Shown: positions 47,001 to 62,000 of the stretch, in pieces
Numbering within the stretch: position 1 is the first letter of the stretch
Layout of the letters: every line of letters begins with the position of its first letter
Position numbers and translations under genes: made by a program
The notes under the pieces: model-generated
What the model saw: the letters and a program-made list of their open reading frames with translations, nothing else
What the model was told of the DNA's origin: nothing
Database searches by the model: none
DNA from: Amoebophrya sp. A120
Taxonomy: Eukaryota > Protista > Dinoflagellata
Direction of reading: 5' to 3'
DNA length: 64,000 bases
NCBI GenBank assembly: GCA_905178155.1
Contig: CAJINV010000001.1
Span: 10,073,432 to 10,137,431 of the forward strand

Positions 47001-50000
47001 GCCTTCATCGCGAAACACCCGCGGGCGGGGGTCTGCCCGAGTACGCACGCCGCGATGCATCTGGCAGCCAGTCTCGGGGCCGAGATTACAGCATTGGTTC
47101 GTCTGACGGTAGAGACGAGGCAAGGGGAGCGGGGTGAGCTTGACCGCCTGGAAGCGGATCTCGTGACGATCGGAGTGGAGCACAGCGATAGCGCAGAGCG
47201 AACCATTCCGACAAAAATTCTGGACAGGTACGAAGTCCCGACATTGTTGCGATTGGTGATTATGGGTGCGCGGCGCGGCGAAGCCCCGCGCCTCGTGGCG
47301 CGACACAAGAAGAAATCAGCGACCACCGCTCGGGGAAAAAAGGATCGAGTGAGGAGCACACCAACGACCAGCACGTCCCAGCTGGTCCTACATCAGGCCA
47401 CCTCATCAATCCGGTCGAAGATTCGCAAGGCTTTGAAACGAAAACGCACCACATGGCGAGTCGAGCGTGTCGCTGCTGGTGTGGCGGTGCAAGAGGTCAC
47501 TGCGTCCTCCGACCAGCTGCTTCGATCAGAGCTACCGCAAAACGTGCTTTTCGCAATCGCGCGAAACGCGTTGCTGCAGTGGTTCTTCATGGTACCGCCC
47601 ACTGACGGGGTGCGAAAGGCGTCGGATGCCAACGCCAGCCGTTCATTCGAGCATGAGACGGCTTTTTTTGCCCAACTGTTCCGCAGCGACCTCGCAAACG
47701 ATCATTCGTACAAGCAGGACGAACTACTTTCTGATGACGTGGTGCGTGACTGTGGTGGAGCGCCCCGTGTTTCAACAAGAAGCCAGCAATCACGCGGTTC
47801 CGGATGCCCCTTTCCGCTGGAAAAAACTACGATGAAGAAGGTTGGTGGAACGTTTGACAAGATGGACGGCCACCGCGTAGAGCGAAATATCCGCGAGCAC
47901 CGGGTCGTTCCTCGAGCCGGCTACTTGGAGAGCAGTAACGCGCACGCCGTCCGGGACGCGCTTTGGGTTCTGGCCAAGCACCTCCGGCAAGCGGAGGGTC
48001 GCACTGGGTCAGTGCTGCAGAACAATGCGCTGTTTCAAACTGTCACTGTTCTTCTCGCCACCCGCGGTCCGGTCGAAGCCCGCAACGTGCCGGAAGCACT
48101 GCGTCACGACATTCAGCACTTGCAAATCGTTTTGGCCAAGGGGCTGAAGCTGCACTTGGACCTTTTTCCACAGACTGCAGATGTAAACGCCATCAAGCTT
48201 TCTTCTGCCGCCTTTCTCGTGCAGCACCGGCTTTTGCACAAAGGCGCCGCGAGCGGTCCCCGGCGCGAAAGCGACCACACGGCCAAGCTGGTAGATGACG
48301 CGGGTCACGTGCAGATGCGGCAGGTGGGGTACCGAGCGATGCGAAACGCGGTGAGGTCGTTTTTCGTGCAGCTCTCGTCGCGTTTTCAACCCGCAACAGG
48401 CGAGGCTCGCGACGACATACGGCGCTTCGACACTCTTGGGGTGCTGGTTTGGCGGTATGGAGCCGAGGACTCGGACCTGGTTCGCACCTACCTGCGCCAG
48501 TTTTTAATGAGCTCGGATCTGGAGGACGACGACGACGCACTTGAGCTGGACCGTTTCCTACTCCCATTCTGTGCGAAAACAGTGCCGGAGATCCCGCGCA
48601 TCCTGACTCAGGGAATCGCGAGAGAACCGCTAGTGCCGCAGCTGAATTTTATGGCGGCAGCGAATCACCTGCTTTACCAACAGAAACAAAGTTTTGCGTC
48701 TCCGGAATCGAGAACTCAGGTCATGAAAGCGCTAGCGAAGGTTAGCGCGGAGGAGGCATTCGTTGGTAGTGCGGTGGTTACGCCTGGCATCGTGCAGCTG
48801 GTTGCCGCCATTCGGGGGCTGTTGCAAATTGGTCCGGAGGCGATGTCACCTGAAACTTTTGTAGAGAAGGCGGGGTGCCGCAATCGCGTCAAAAAGATGG
48901 ATTCCTCACAAGTGTCTGAATGGAGAAAACAAACGTCTGAAAGCAGCGACAATGAGCAGCCAATGCCGAACACTGAACGCGTGGAAAGATATACGCTGTT
49001 AGCTCACACCTCACGCAAACAGTCCGGAGCGCTTTGCCGACAGTATGTGCTGCAGATCGGCGCCGCTGCGATTCGCGCAGCACGCGAGAGCGGTGCTCTA
49101 CTCCTTCCGGCCACGACTGGGTCCACCAATTTCGGCGGAACCGCCTCCGCGATCGGGAGCATCAGCCGCGACCGCGAGCTGGTGTTGAGTCTGCTGGGGC
49201 TGCTCGTCCAGGACATTTTGGAGCATCCCGAGCTGCAGTCGTTTTTCCGAAGTCCGGCCGCTTTTCGCAAGGCGTTTCGGCCGCCAGTCGCGGAGGAGAC
49301 GCCAGAGCAGAGGTACGCTGCAGTTTCGAGCAAGGTTCGTCTCCTGGGCGACAACAGCGTGCCCGACTCGGACGCGAGTGCGGCCATCTGGGACTTGGCG
49401 CGAGAGGTAGGGCTCTTCGTGTTCGCACCCTCCGGTACGGCGAGAAGCGCATCCGGGTCCTCCGCACGCGCGCCCAATCTCTCCCAAATGGCGGCTGCCC
49501 GATTGTATAGCGTCGTTACAGCTGCGTGCCCGACCAACCCAGACGTGGACGAGCCACTTGCTATGCAATGGCTGAGGCATTCTGACGCGGCCGGACTTCA
49601 AATGGATGTCGATGCGACCGCAGATCATGATGTGGCTTCCTCAAAAGCTACACAGCCCCCCACAGACGCAGGGCGTCCTGAGGCCGCGGAGGGAATGGTG
49701 GCCATCGAGAAGCACTTGTCAAACGTTGCCGAGACCGTTGAGAGCTCGATGCGCTTTACGGACTCAGTTCGGCGGCAGGCGCAAACCAAACACATGGTAG
49801 AGCACATGGCTGCCCGCACGGCCGATTTGCTTTTGACCTCCGTGGCAGCCTCTAACACCATCGGAATGAAGCGGGTGTTTGATGAAGATGAGCGTAGACT
49901 GCTCAAAAACAAACCCAAGTACACCCTCCAGCTGCTGCAGCAGCTTCTGTCCCCGCGAATTTATTGTTTGCGCTGCGAAGATCTTCACGCGGGTGCAACG

Positions 50001-53000
50001 ACTAAAGCCGCAGACTTCACCGGCCTGGACGAAGCGATGTCGCGACGCCGGTTTGTGACAGCTGTGGCTCGCGTCGTGCGCGTCTTTTCTCGTACGAACA
50101 ATAACAATCCTGTGGTGCAAAGCTCAATCGCAGAGATCAATGCCGGCGCTCCTGCCGCCTTTGCCGCCATACAGGAGGACCTTCTCCGGTTCCTCGAGCG
50201 CATGATCCTGCGCTCGGGCCTCACGTCGGACACTACAAATGCGATTCTGGAGGAGCTCGTCAGCAAAGAGGGCGGCAATCGATTTCAGGCAGAGTCGTTG
50301 GCAGAAGCGCGCGCCTTGTTCTGGAAGCGTCTCCTCGGGCAGTACAGAAAAAAGCAGACGGTGGCCGACCTGAGCCACCAGTTGAGCTCCGTCAGTGTGC
50401 AAGATTTGTTCGTGCGGCAAACGGCTCCGTTCTGCGAACCGTCCTCGTTGGAAAAGCGGGTGCAGTTAGAGCACGCGGACCAGATCGTGCAACACATGGC
50501 GCTGGAAGAGGAAACAGGAAACAAAGCAGGTCAACCGGGTTCGCGCATCGTCGTGGCGAATTTTGGCAAGGGGCGGGTGCGGTTTGTCCGCACCAACGCC
50601 GCGATGGGGAAATCCGCCGAGAGTGGCACCGCTGGCACCTCCCCGGTGCAGTTGCAACCCCCGAAGACCCCTTTCGCGAAGGCAATCACGGCGTTGTGTC
50701 GACCGCAAAGTACTACAACTAGCACCAGAGCGTTCCTGGGAGGAAGCACGGACAGTCTACAGTCCGCGGCATCTTCTTCCGAGCAGAAGGGGCCTGGCCT
50801 TCTGAGGCTCTTGATGGGCGGCGGTCAACAAAGCAAGGAGCAACAAGCCCAGCAAGACCCCGCTGAAGGGGAACCTCCAGTGGTTGAGCCGGAGATCGAG
50901 ATCGTGCGGTTCGTCAAACCGGATGCCGTGTTTCCGCCAACGTACGGTCTGCTGGGAGAGACCGAGGCCGTGGTGACCCCGGAGGTCGCAGCGGCCCTGT
51001 TTCAGTGGTCCAAGTTGCTGCTACCGGGAGGCAAGGAAGGAGACGAGGAGTTCGGCGACGTGGGGAAAACGCGGTCCCGTCGTGCCTCTTCTGCTGCCTC
51101 GCTCCTGTCCTTTGGTAGCGCAAGTGGCTTCTCGGACACGAGCGTGGGCACTGGGACCGACAAGGACTTCGCGCGTCGCCTGCGAACCGGTTCCAGCGCT
51201 GTGGGTGCTGGGGTGGAGTTCCAAGGGCTGCCTATATCTTCCCCGCGCCAGCAGTTTACCGCCAAGCTCCGTGAGTTAGTGCAGGACGTGCTCGCCCGCG
51301 TTGCATTGGTGTCAGAGGTGTTGCAACAAAGTGGCGGTGCTGACCCGCTGGATTCTTCCGCCGCCGGCGCTGGGGCAGCTGCGGGAGCAAGAAGCGACGG
51401 CGCCGAGGAGGTGATCGATGAAACAGCCTTTCTGAATGCACAGAGGACGTCCGAAGAAAAGCGGTTGCTGGACGAGGTGCGGGGGCGGATCGTGGAGGAC
51501 GTGAACCTCGCTGCTGCGGCGGAGGCAAATGCAAACGCACCGTCGACAGCCGAGAAGAAACAAATGCGCAAGCAAGACATTACGCTGGTCCTCGCGGACG
51601 CCGTGCTTGCGGCGAGAAATCAAGACGATTCCATTCTTCTCGATCCCTCGAAAAAAGGTCGAGCGATGAAAACCGCCCTGGACGAAGAGGACGACGCAGT
51701 TTCTTTTGACGACATCGGGGAAGTTCCGCGGGAAAAAAGCGGAAAGACCGGGACAGAGCTCTTAGACTGCGCGGACGACTCGCAAACTGGTCGTGCTGAC
51801 TTCGGGCAATCCAGCTGCCAAACGCGACGGCGGATGGCGGCGCTGCTGATCCAGACCTCGTTGGTCCGCACCGTGCGGCAGATTGTGAAGGTCTGGCCGG
51901 ATGTATTCGCTGCCGAGTCGCCTGAACCACCGCCCGTCCACTTACAGGACCTGGTGGTGTTGCTCGGCAAGGTGCACGCGGCTACCGCGCCCTTTGTGCC
52001 CGCTTTGCCGGACGTAGAAAATGCGTTAATGGAGGCAGAGACAGCGAAGCAAAAGGAACAACAAGAGCAGCGCGGCGAATCGGGCGAAGATTCGCCGGCC
52101 GCAAGCACTTCCCTCGCGAAGACGGATGAAACCGACGATCCCGCCGTGCTCGCCGAGCGACAGCAAACGGAGAAAACCACCGAAATGTTGCGCGAGGCCG
52201 GGTACATTGCGCTGGAGCCGAAGAGCGGATCGGCCGAAGACCTGCGCGCACAGGCAGACGCGGTGAAACTCGGAAAGCAGCACACCGTGCTGCGGTCCGA
52301 GCTTCTAGGCTTGTTCACGTGGTTGCTTGACCGGACGATCACCAGTCCGAACGCACCGGACGCACGTTTTATCTCGGCTCAGGTTCGCGTTGCCCACCTA
52401 GAAAGCACTGGCGCAAACCGTGTCGCCATGCCGGCCAAGGACTTCTCTCGGTTTCTGTTGCACAAGTTCGATGCGGACGCGAGTCTTGGGCTGCTCGAGC
52501 GAGACGTGTGGTCGGTGGCCCTGCGCAATGCTGCAGGAGAGGAGGCGGACAGACGCGCAAAAGCGGAGAAGGCGTCCGGCGATGTCCCCATGCCGCAGGC
52601 AGGACCGAGCAGGGATGTGGCAGCAAAGCCCAGTCAAGCTCCTGCTAGTAGTTCTACTCCCAGAGTACAACTAGAGAAGGAAAATCACGCTAAAGTCGAG
52701 ACGATGCTGAAGAACGTTTTTGGCGAAACCACCTTCAACAACGCTCCTCTGACCCGGTCCGTCCGCTGGACGCGACCGGCAGTATTGGAAAACGAATTCG
52801 ATGCAGCCGTCGGACCACAGGGCAAAAAAACCTCGCTGTCTGCCATCTTTTCGGAACTCGGCGCGGATTTTCTGCGGTACGATCAGAAGGGGAAGAAGGG
52901 GAACCTCTTTCTCATTCCCGTACAGAACCACATGAACGACCAGACCTGGAGTCTCGTAGCGGTCGAGCTCCTGCGCGACGTGCTGGAGGAGGATACCTAC

Positions 53001-56000
53001 GAACTTCTGCCCCTCCGGGACGAGTTCGAGGACCAACAGGGGAACAACGCCGATCCGACGAGCGAACAGGGAGAGAAAGCGTACGAGCAGTATCGGTACA
53101 AGCTCGGTCGGCTGTTCATGTCCAGATCAGCTGACGTTCCTGCTGCGCAGTTCCGCATCGGCTCGAAAACTTCGCAAAAAGTGATGGAAAGCGCGCAGAT
53201 GTACGACGCATTGGTACGAACGAAGACTGCCGAGGAGAAAAAAGAAAAAGCCAAGAAGAACGGCGAGGAAAAGGAGGTTTATAAAAATCCTGAAATTGCT
53301 CTGAGTGACAAGAACTTCTTGGACGAGCTTGATCCCGATGTGGATTACCAGGCGCTGCTGGAAAGCATGTCCAGCGCAGGCAATGCCCCGCGCAAAAAGA
53401 CCACGGTGCGAATTTTGCAGAGCCTGGATACAGTGTCCCGCGCCCTCGACCAGCAGCGGGAGGAGGGAATGCAACCCTTTGTGCTGAAGGACTTTCACCG
53501 GAACTTGCGTTCCCTGCAAAAATTCGTCTCGGAAAGCTTCAAACCATCGGCGGTGCCCGTTCCGGCGATGGTACGCAGTGACTTCAATGCGCGGTCGCAA
53601 TGGCTCTTGAAGCGGCTCTCCACGTGGATCAAGCGTGCCCGGGAACTCGAAGTACCGCCGCGCCGCGTGCTGTTTCGCCTTGGCGGCAGACGGTTGGTGG
53701 CAAAAGTATTCATCGCCGAGCCGCCCCCGGAGGAAGCGCTGGAAGAAGCGGCCACCAAAGCTGCGGTGCAAACTCGGGCTGAAATCCGTAACCTAAAAAG
53801 GCAGGCCGGAGCCAAAAAATCCGGCGAAAGAGTGGCTGTTCCTTCTTCAGAAAGCCGCCCTGCTTCTGACGAATCCGCCAACGGATCGGACCCGGTTGAC
53901 AGCACTGTTTTGCTCAACCATGAGAAAACCACCCCGTTGCAACGCGCGGTGCTGCGCAGCGTCGATCTTGCGTTCCATCAACCGATGAACTTGCGAGCCG
54001 AAGGTGTGGGAAGTAGCTCCAGTACAGCCGCGAAAAGGCGGGTCGATCGCATTGCCCATGCGGATGTGCGCGACGCCTATTCTCGCGGACAAACCCAGGT
54101 GGTCGCGGAGCTTGCAGACGGTTTGAAAAAGAAAGATCAACACAACAAGTTCCCTCTGTTGCACAAGCGCATTCGGGACATCGCGGCGAGTGAAAAGGTG
54201 CGGATCGAAACAACGGAACAGGTGCAGTTTATGGTGCAGACCGAAGTGCAATCGCTCACGGTGCCCTGGAGCCCGCTTGCCTTCTACCAGCACGCTGCTT
54301 ACAAAGATCTGAGCACGGCCGCGCAAGAAGCGAGAAAGCGGCAAGAGATGGCGCGCAAGCTCGACCCCGGGACGAAGCAGTTGAAGCGCCTCGAGGCGAA
54401 AGCCATTCGCGCGGTGCGGAAGCCACGAGCCGCGGAGAATTTGGCCCAAATGCTCGGTACCAGCAACAACTTTAGCAAGGAGGGTCTCGTGCGCAAGGCG
54501 TACCAGTCCTGGGCGGAGACGTTCGCGCGGTCGCCCGGCGGCGAAGCGGAGCGGGACCGGTGGCTCGAGCAATTTCGGCTCCTGGGCGAGCGCTACCTGC
54601 AAGAGCAGCAGGCGCTCGAGCGACTGGTAGAAACCGCCTCACAATCAAAATTGATGAACGCGAAATTAGTCGAGATGGTGTCGCGGAAATCGGAAGACGA
54701 GTGGTTCAAGAAAAAACCGGGTGCTCCACAAACGGAAAAAGACGTCCAGTACGACACGAGCACGACGGATAGTGAGAACCCTGTGTACGGCAATTTGGAC
54801 AAAAACACACAGGAAAAGATTGCGGAAATTACGGTGAAGGACCCAAAATCTGACCTCGCGGCGCAGAAGTACCTGCAGGCCTTCATCAGCACCATGAAGC
54901 AGGCGGACGAGTTCAAGGGCCTGTCAGAACAAGACTTCCAGGCCAAGGTGCAGGGAGAAATCGACGAGTTTATGGCGAAGCATTCCGGTCTCAGTGTGTC
55001 GGACGCCATGGGGCGCGATTTTGACGAGATGGTGGAGTACGCAGTGGACGAAGGGCTGTTAGACCCGAACTGGCGGGAGAATGTTGCGAAGAGTGCTTCT
55101 TCAGATGTTGAGATGAAAGACCGGGCTCTGCTTGCTGCGCCCAAGAAAGTTTTCAAGCAGTACGATTTCAATGACCCGAACGTTCGGCAAGGGCTCATTT
55201 TGGACACCTTGAAGGACGCGTTTGTTTCGCTCGGTGCCCGCGATCGCGCCATCCGGCTCGGCGACATTCTGCAAGCGCGCCGGGACCGCCGGTGGCGGAA
55301 AGTGCTCGGGATTGGGGAAGAGGTGAAAAATCTGTCCGCGTGGTTCTACACGTACACGCAGAAGCCCAGCGAGGCGTTCGCCGACCTGTCGCACCGTTTA
55401 AGCTTCCTTTCCGCCAAAGAAACGGGTGCGAACAGAAGAGCGCTAGCGGTGTTTGAGGATGACCGTCGCCGGGCGCTCGCGGATGCCGTGCTGAAGGCAT
55501 TTGACCCACAGAAGCTGCCGCGCAGCATTCGCCGCTGGGCGTCCGCTTTTTCCGTGTTGGAGTCGGGCGTTGCCGTGGCGAAATTCGCGTTGATGACGGG
55601 TTTGCTGGATGTGCAGCTGGACCCTTTGAAGAAGCAGCACGAGGCGAGTATCAAACCATCGCAGGAAGAGACTGACCTCTTGGGCTTGCGCGCGGAGTTG
55701 GAGAAAACTTTCGCGCAAGATGCAGAAGTGGCGGGGAAGATGAACCAAGCTGGAAGTAGAAAGGGGCATGATCAAGGGCTGCAACGAGGTACAATGAGCA
55801 TCGGTTACGCAATGCTACCAAAGCTGGACCACAATGAACAAACTACCGCAGAAGGAGTTTCTGATGCCGCCATGCGACAAAGCCAGCCGGGTTACGCCGT
55901 GCTGTACAGGGACTTCGGCGCTCATCAACAAGGTACAACTGGTCCTTCTGGCTTAGCTGCTGCGGCCGGCGTAGATCATACCGCAAGTAGCGAAAGTGCG

Positions 56001-59000
56001 TCACTCGAAGTCGAAATCGGCTCGCTGGCGAAGGTGGTGCCCGGAACGACAGTCGGCATGCGTCGCAAGGGGGTGTCTGGCATGCTCGCGGAGTTTTTGC
56101 ATCACTACAAGGCGCCTCGACAGCGCGTGCAGCAGCTTTTGCACTATCTCCGTGTGGCCACCTTTTTTTCCGCACAGAACTTCCTTCGCCCATGGTGGCG
56201 CCATTTTCTATCCGTCTATCCGGGAAGCAGCCCGTCCCCGGCCTCAGTACCCAGGCAGAGCTCCGGTATGAGCAGACCCCGAGCGGGTAGTGCTGCGCTG
56301 GAGCAAGCGCCGACGCCGGATTTGTCGTGGGCAGCTGTGCTCGATTTTTTTGCGCCTACAACTTCTTTCCGCGGCACGCGCTTGCAGGCGCTGAACTCGC
56401 TGAGCGGGGTTGTCCCCTTGCTGTCGGAGTCAATCAGTGACTTGTTCTCGAGCCAACAGCAAGCCCGCTTGCTTTCGGCCGCTGGCATCCTCGCTTCGCC
56501 GGCATATCGCCGCTTAGGCGGAAATCTCGCGTTTGATGAGGAGCCGCTGGAGAACCTGAAGGAGAGCGTGAAACAGCGCAAGCCGCTGGCTGCGTTGATC
56601 CCCGCGATTAGTGCGATTGCGGCGCCGGCACACCAGACCAGTGCGGCCGCCTGGAATCCGTTTCGCAACACTCAGTCCGGAGAACTGGACAAGAGCGGCG
56701 CCGCGAACGTCGGCCTGGCCACGGAATACCAGCAAGAGCAGCAGACCGATACGGAAAAAGAACAGGAAGTCGCGGTCGATCTGGAGCAGGAGATGGAACT
56801 CGAGCAGGAGCAGGAACAGGAGATGACACACCAGTTGATGGCCTCCCTCGCGTCCCAGACCCAGCAGACCCAGCAAGCGAGCTTTGACCAGAATCTCGAC
56901 GGCGACATGGGCGAGAAGTACGTGGCTGAAATTCCAGATTCCGAGATTGAGGAGGCGGAAAGAAACAGGATCAGATATCACAACTTGTGCCAAAACGAAA
57001 ACCTTGGTCGACGCCTTTTCGGGGTGAATTGCCTTGAGGAGCTACACGAGGTTTACGACCATCTGCTCGACGACGGCTTCAAGGAGGGATTCGGTTTGGA
57101 CAAGATCGCGCAGAAAGAAGCCCGGTTGAAAGCGGGGAGGCCCTTTGCAGCGCCGGTGATGAAAACAGACAAGGATGGAAAAGATACAGGCGTCCCGAAA
57201 AGGCTCCCGCGCCACAACACGCGGCAACTGGTGGACCTTCTGTTTTCCCAGCAGGGATCTTTTGTCAACGCGAAAAGAATTCAAAGACAACACTTCTCCG
57301 GCGCGAACCTGCGAGCGCAGCACTGGGCGCAAGTCGCGACGGCCCCAAAAGAGGAGCACGAGCCCCTCCACGTCGCCCTCGACGCCGACGCAACCATGAT
57401 GAACAAGCAGGCTTCCGAAACATCGGAGCGCACGCTGCCCTTCGCGGAGAACTTGGATCGGATTCTGACGGTTTTGAATTTTAAGCCAGGTGAAGACGAA
57501 TCCAGTTTGAAGCTAAACCCGTACCGGGAACAAATTTTACTGGAGGGAGGTGAAAGTCAGCTTTATAACATGCAGATTCCGCTCAAGCGCTCGATCCCCC
57601 TGATCCGGCACAACGTGGTCGCGGAAGAAATGCAAAACCTTGCGTTCGATTTTACCGCTATGGAAATCCTGAAGTATCTGGTCACCGGCCGACCGCCCAA
57701 CTACAGCCGGAAGCCGCGGTGGGGTGACGCGAACGGCGACGAGGACGAGAGGGCTTTAGAGGACGACGGGCAGGACGGAACGTTTGAAACCCTGGAGCGC
57801 GGTCTGTATTCCGGCGTTGTTGCGATCAGCGCGCAGGCAGAGCAAGAGCGAGAAAAGCAGCTGCTCGCGTACCAGGAGAGTCATTTGCTCGACGTAAAGG
57901 TGTCGTCTCGGAAGCACGGCGAAGACAAACTCGTTCTCCCTAGCGGCAAGTACGGAGTAGATGGTGAGAACCGTCGGTCCTCAGGGTCCACGCTTGTGAT
58001 TGAGAATCGTGCCATGCTAGATGCCCGGCAGGACCCGACGCTCCTGAGCGCGGTCCAGCGGAGCGAGGTGAAGCGGCAGGAGCGCGAAGAGCAAATGCAG
58101 ACCCAAGACGCAGACAGCGACCAAGGACCGGCTTCGGCCTCTCAAACGGAAGAGAACTCGGAGGGTAAGCGCTTTGATCCGAATGGATTTTTGAATACGG
58201 GTTCCATGACCTACCGCAGAAAGGTGATCCTGCTGCTGTGGCGGCTACGACGCTACTCCAGTAAGTACATCGAGGGGAAGACCATTCAGGGCTACGAGGG
58301 CTGGCTGACAAAAGCGCGCGATGACTGGCAAAAGTACTTTTACAATTCCGATATGGACAAGAATCACAACATTGGGGCAGGAGTGTACTGGGAGTTCCTG
58401 GATCTGCCGATGTCCGAGACGTGGCGACACTGGCGCTTGACCCAAACGCGAAAAGAAGTCGAGGACAAGCATGGGGAATTCCTCGCGGAGTGGGACTGGG
58501 CTCACAAGCAACGCAACCGCAACGTGGTCTCGCGGGCCGCGCACGCCGCTGGTGCCGGCATCTGGGGCGGCATAAAGTCGCTGTGGCGTGGCGTCACGAA
58601 CGTGGTTACGACGGTTGCGTCTGGTGTTGCGCAAGGGTGTATGTATGTCGCCGCTGGGGTGCAGAAAGTTCGGCAGTTTTTTCCTGGTGGCGACTTCAAC
58701 GCGCACCGCCGCAAATGGGGCGTGCAGATGGAACGCCACATGTACTTGAACCAGCGCAACCTGCTGGAGAATATTGCGGCGAAGGAAACGCTCGTGGACA
58801 AGATCATGACCTTCTTGCGCTTCGATCCCGCGGTCGACCGTCCTCTCAGCGAGCTTTTGAAGGAGGAGGAGGATGCGCAGGCAGAAGTGGCACAAACTCG
58901 GAAAAACCGCAAGGGGCCTGGCGCACCCGAGTACTGGCGAGATGTTTTGCAGGAGTCGTGCAAAGAGACCCTCTTGCAGAAGGAGCTTGCCTCGAGGTTG

Positions 59001-62000
59001 TTCCAGCACGTCGATACGGCTGGCGCAATCGGCGAACAGACAAGTCCTCTCGTTCGAGAGATGAAGAGCCTAATCGCTGACTTCGAAACTTCAGTTCTGA
59101 CCCCGGCCCTCAGTTACGGTAACAGCGACTTCATTCGCATCATGCGCAGTCCGGACGGCGCAGAGCGCAACGCTATCCGCGACAGGGAGCCCTACAACGC
59201 GAACCGTTGGCGTGGTAACGACGGCCAGTTGGCCTCGTTATCCATCGCTGAAGGCGTCCTGCGAAAGTACTTTTTGGAACTGTTCCGACACGCCCTGCTA
59301 CCGTACTTGGTCCGGCCCGAGGATGTCTGGGCGGCCACGCAGCAAACGTGCGCAGCCGCCATGAGGGAGCACTGGCATTTCGATCAAAGTCCTGAGGACG
59401 TGAAAACCAGAATGAATTCGAAACAGAAAATCGCGAGAGTGCGTGCTACCATCAGCACCTCAGCTGCCAAAGCTGCGTTTTCTGGACGGGAATCAAAGAT
59501 GGCGGAAAAGGTACAAGACAGGGCTCGGAGGCTGCGAGCCCAATTGGATCTGCGCAACTTTGCGGCCCGTTGGGACGCGGAGCGTCGCAAAACAACTAAC
59601 ACCGACCGAACGCCAACCGCACTGGAAAACATGTACGGTTTCCTGCTTCGCGAAGTCTTTCTCAGAGATCCCGAGCCGCTGCTGACGCGTATTTCGCCTG
59701 ACCATCCCGCGGGACCAACGGCGGAATTTGTCGTCGCCGGTACGCAAAAGGAACGTGCAGACGACCTGGAGAGGATCAAATGGCCAGACAGCATGCGATG
59801 GGCGAATTCAGCGGGAATGTATCAGATGGGGAACATGAAAAAACTGCAGCGAAATGGGCCGCACGCAACCGCGCTACACAGCGTCGAAAACCAAGATGCT
59901 CGCAGTGTCGTGCGGCGGGCCCTGACTGGCGCGCCAGTGACAGTCTCCAGTTCCATCTTCACAGAAAGGGTCGACCTTGTGCGCGACCCAGAGAAGCGTG
60001 GCGATGACACGGACGCACTTCCCGTTGGCGCGCCCTGGCTTCTTTTCGACAAGGTCGGATGGTCGGTTTCGCATCACATGACCGACAAGAATGACCCACG
60101 CCTTCCTGGGGCGTCTGTCAGAGCCGCGTGGCAAGACGCGCCGGATCCGAAAACCCTGTTCGAATCGTTTCGCAACGAGCGCGTCTACCTGCACCCTTTC
60201 CTCCCGCAGTACGAGCGACAGGCGAAGTTAGAAGCGAAGATCGACGGGTCGTTTTCGGCTGCTTCGCTGTTGCGGTCGGAACGGCGGCAACGCCTGAATA
60301 TCGTACAGGGGCTGATCAACATTTTTAACCCGAACTGGAGAGACAAGCAGTCCTGGCCCGCATTCCGCGGAAATTTCCAGCACTCGATGCGGATGGAGCT
60401 TCTGCAAAGCGCACGACAGTGGGAAGCCTACGGAAAGGAAATTTTGGAGCCCGGCGGCAGCGACGCCGTGAGTGCGGCGGGGCGGTTGGCTCCTCGAAGC
60501 GGGAACTTTGTCCAGTTTGACGCACAAGGACGGCGGTCCGGCGGGGTAAAAGCTGGAATGGAACTGCTCGGCAGCACGATGCGCAACCTGAATAAGAGCG
60601 CGGCGGAAAAAGACGAGAACGAACTGCGGCAAATTGCGAACGAGCAGCCTGCGTTTAGCCAAGAGTTCATTGCGTACACGGCCGAGCAGAAGGTAAAGTT
60701 TCTGCGCGTGGGCAAGGAAGATCTGATGTACCAGTATGTTGCGCCCGAAGATTTTAAGGAGAAGCACCTAAAAGCGGAAGAGAGTCCGCTGACCGAAGCG
60801 GAGCTTGAGAAGCAAGTGAGCTTGAAGCAGAAGGAGACGGAGGAGCGTATCAAGAAACGCCGTGGGGATGGTGTGGAGGACGCGCGCGAAAAGAACCGAA
60901 GGCAGCAGGGGCCGCTGACTACAGCTGAAGTTGCTGAAGTGACAGAGACGGTGAGCCAGTGCCGAGAAAGGCTGCAAGAAGAGAACGTCGTGAAAACGAA
61001 AAATCGAGACGATCTTCGCAATGCTGAGCAGAGGCGGTGGGAAAAAATGCGGCGGGAGCGGGCGAAAGAAGCCAGAGATGTACGTGAGGCCAAGATTGCG
61101 GAGGGCTTGAAGCACTTTCAAGTGAATCGACAGGGGCTCGAGCAGAAGATCAAGCAGCGGCGCCGTGAGCTCTACAAGTTCCAGCGCCGGCGGGTGTGGC
61201 AGATGCGGTGGCTGAGCATCCAAATGCTGGAGGCTCTGCGGGAAAAGCAGCGAAACCTCCTGTATGCCGAGGAGGCGGCGTGGGATTCAAAAATAAGATT
61301 GGATCCAAGCGAGCGGGAGGCAAAGGTGTTGCAGAAGTGGTGGGAGGGCGAAAAAAGACAAGTCGAGGCCGGGGAGGCCGAGTTCGACAAGCTCCTGTAC
61401 AATTGGCTCAAGAACAACGGCAATATGGTAGACAGCATGAAGGGTGAGAACGGGAGAGATGCCACTCTGAACGCCCTCCCGGCGGATTTCGCGCCGGCGT
61501 CTAGGCTGGACAACTTCTCAGCGGAAGAGAAGCTCTGGCTGCAAACCGAGCTCCGAGCGGACTTCATTCAAACGCGCGACGCGGCGCGGGCCCGGTGCCG
61601 CCAATTAGAAGCTTTTGTGGTGGGCATCAAAGCCAACAGTGACGACGCCGGCGATGACAAAATCGGCGACGACGACGACGAAGACATCAAGGAGCTCCGC
61701 ACCATGGTGCTCGCGCGGGTGCAGAACATCGTTGATTCTATCGCGAATCTCGACCCGAACCACGCCAAGCAAAAATTCGTCAATGAACTGAAGAACGTAC
61801 GCACTAGCGTCTCGCGGGTCACGTCGCGCCGACCGCTTTCTTTGCTCGCAAACGAGTTCGAGCCGTCCGAGGATTTGAGCCCCTCGCGGGGGGGCGTCGG
61901 AAGCCTGATCAGCAGCTTCGAGAACCTGAGACTGGGATCTTCCTACGGTAGTCAACAAACCCCGGATGACAGCCGGGAGAATCTCCGATCGTTCTCCTCG

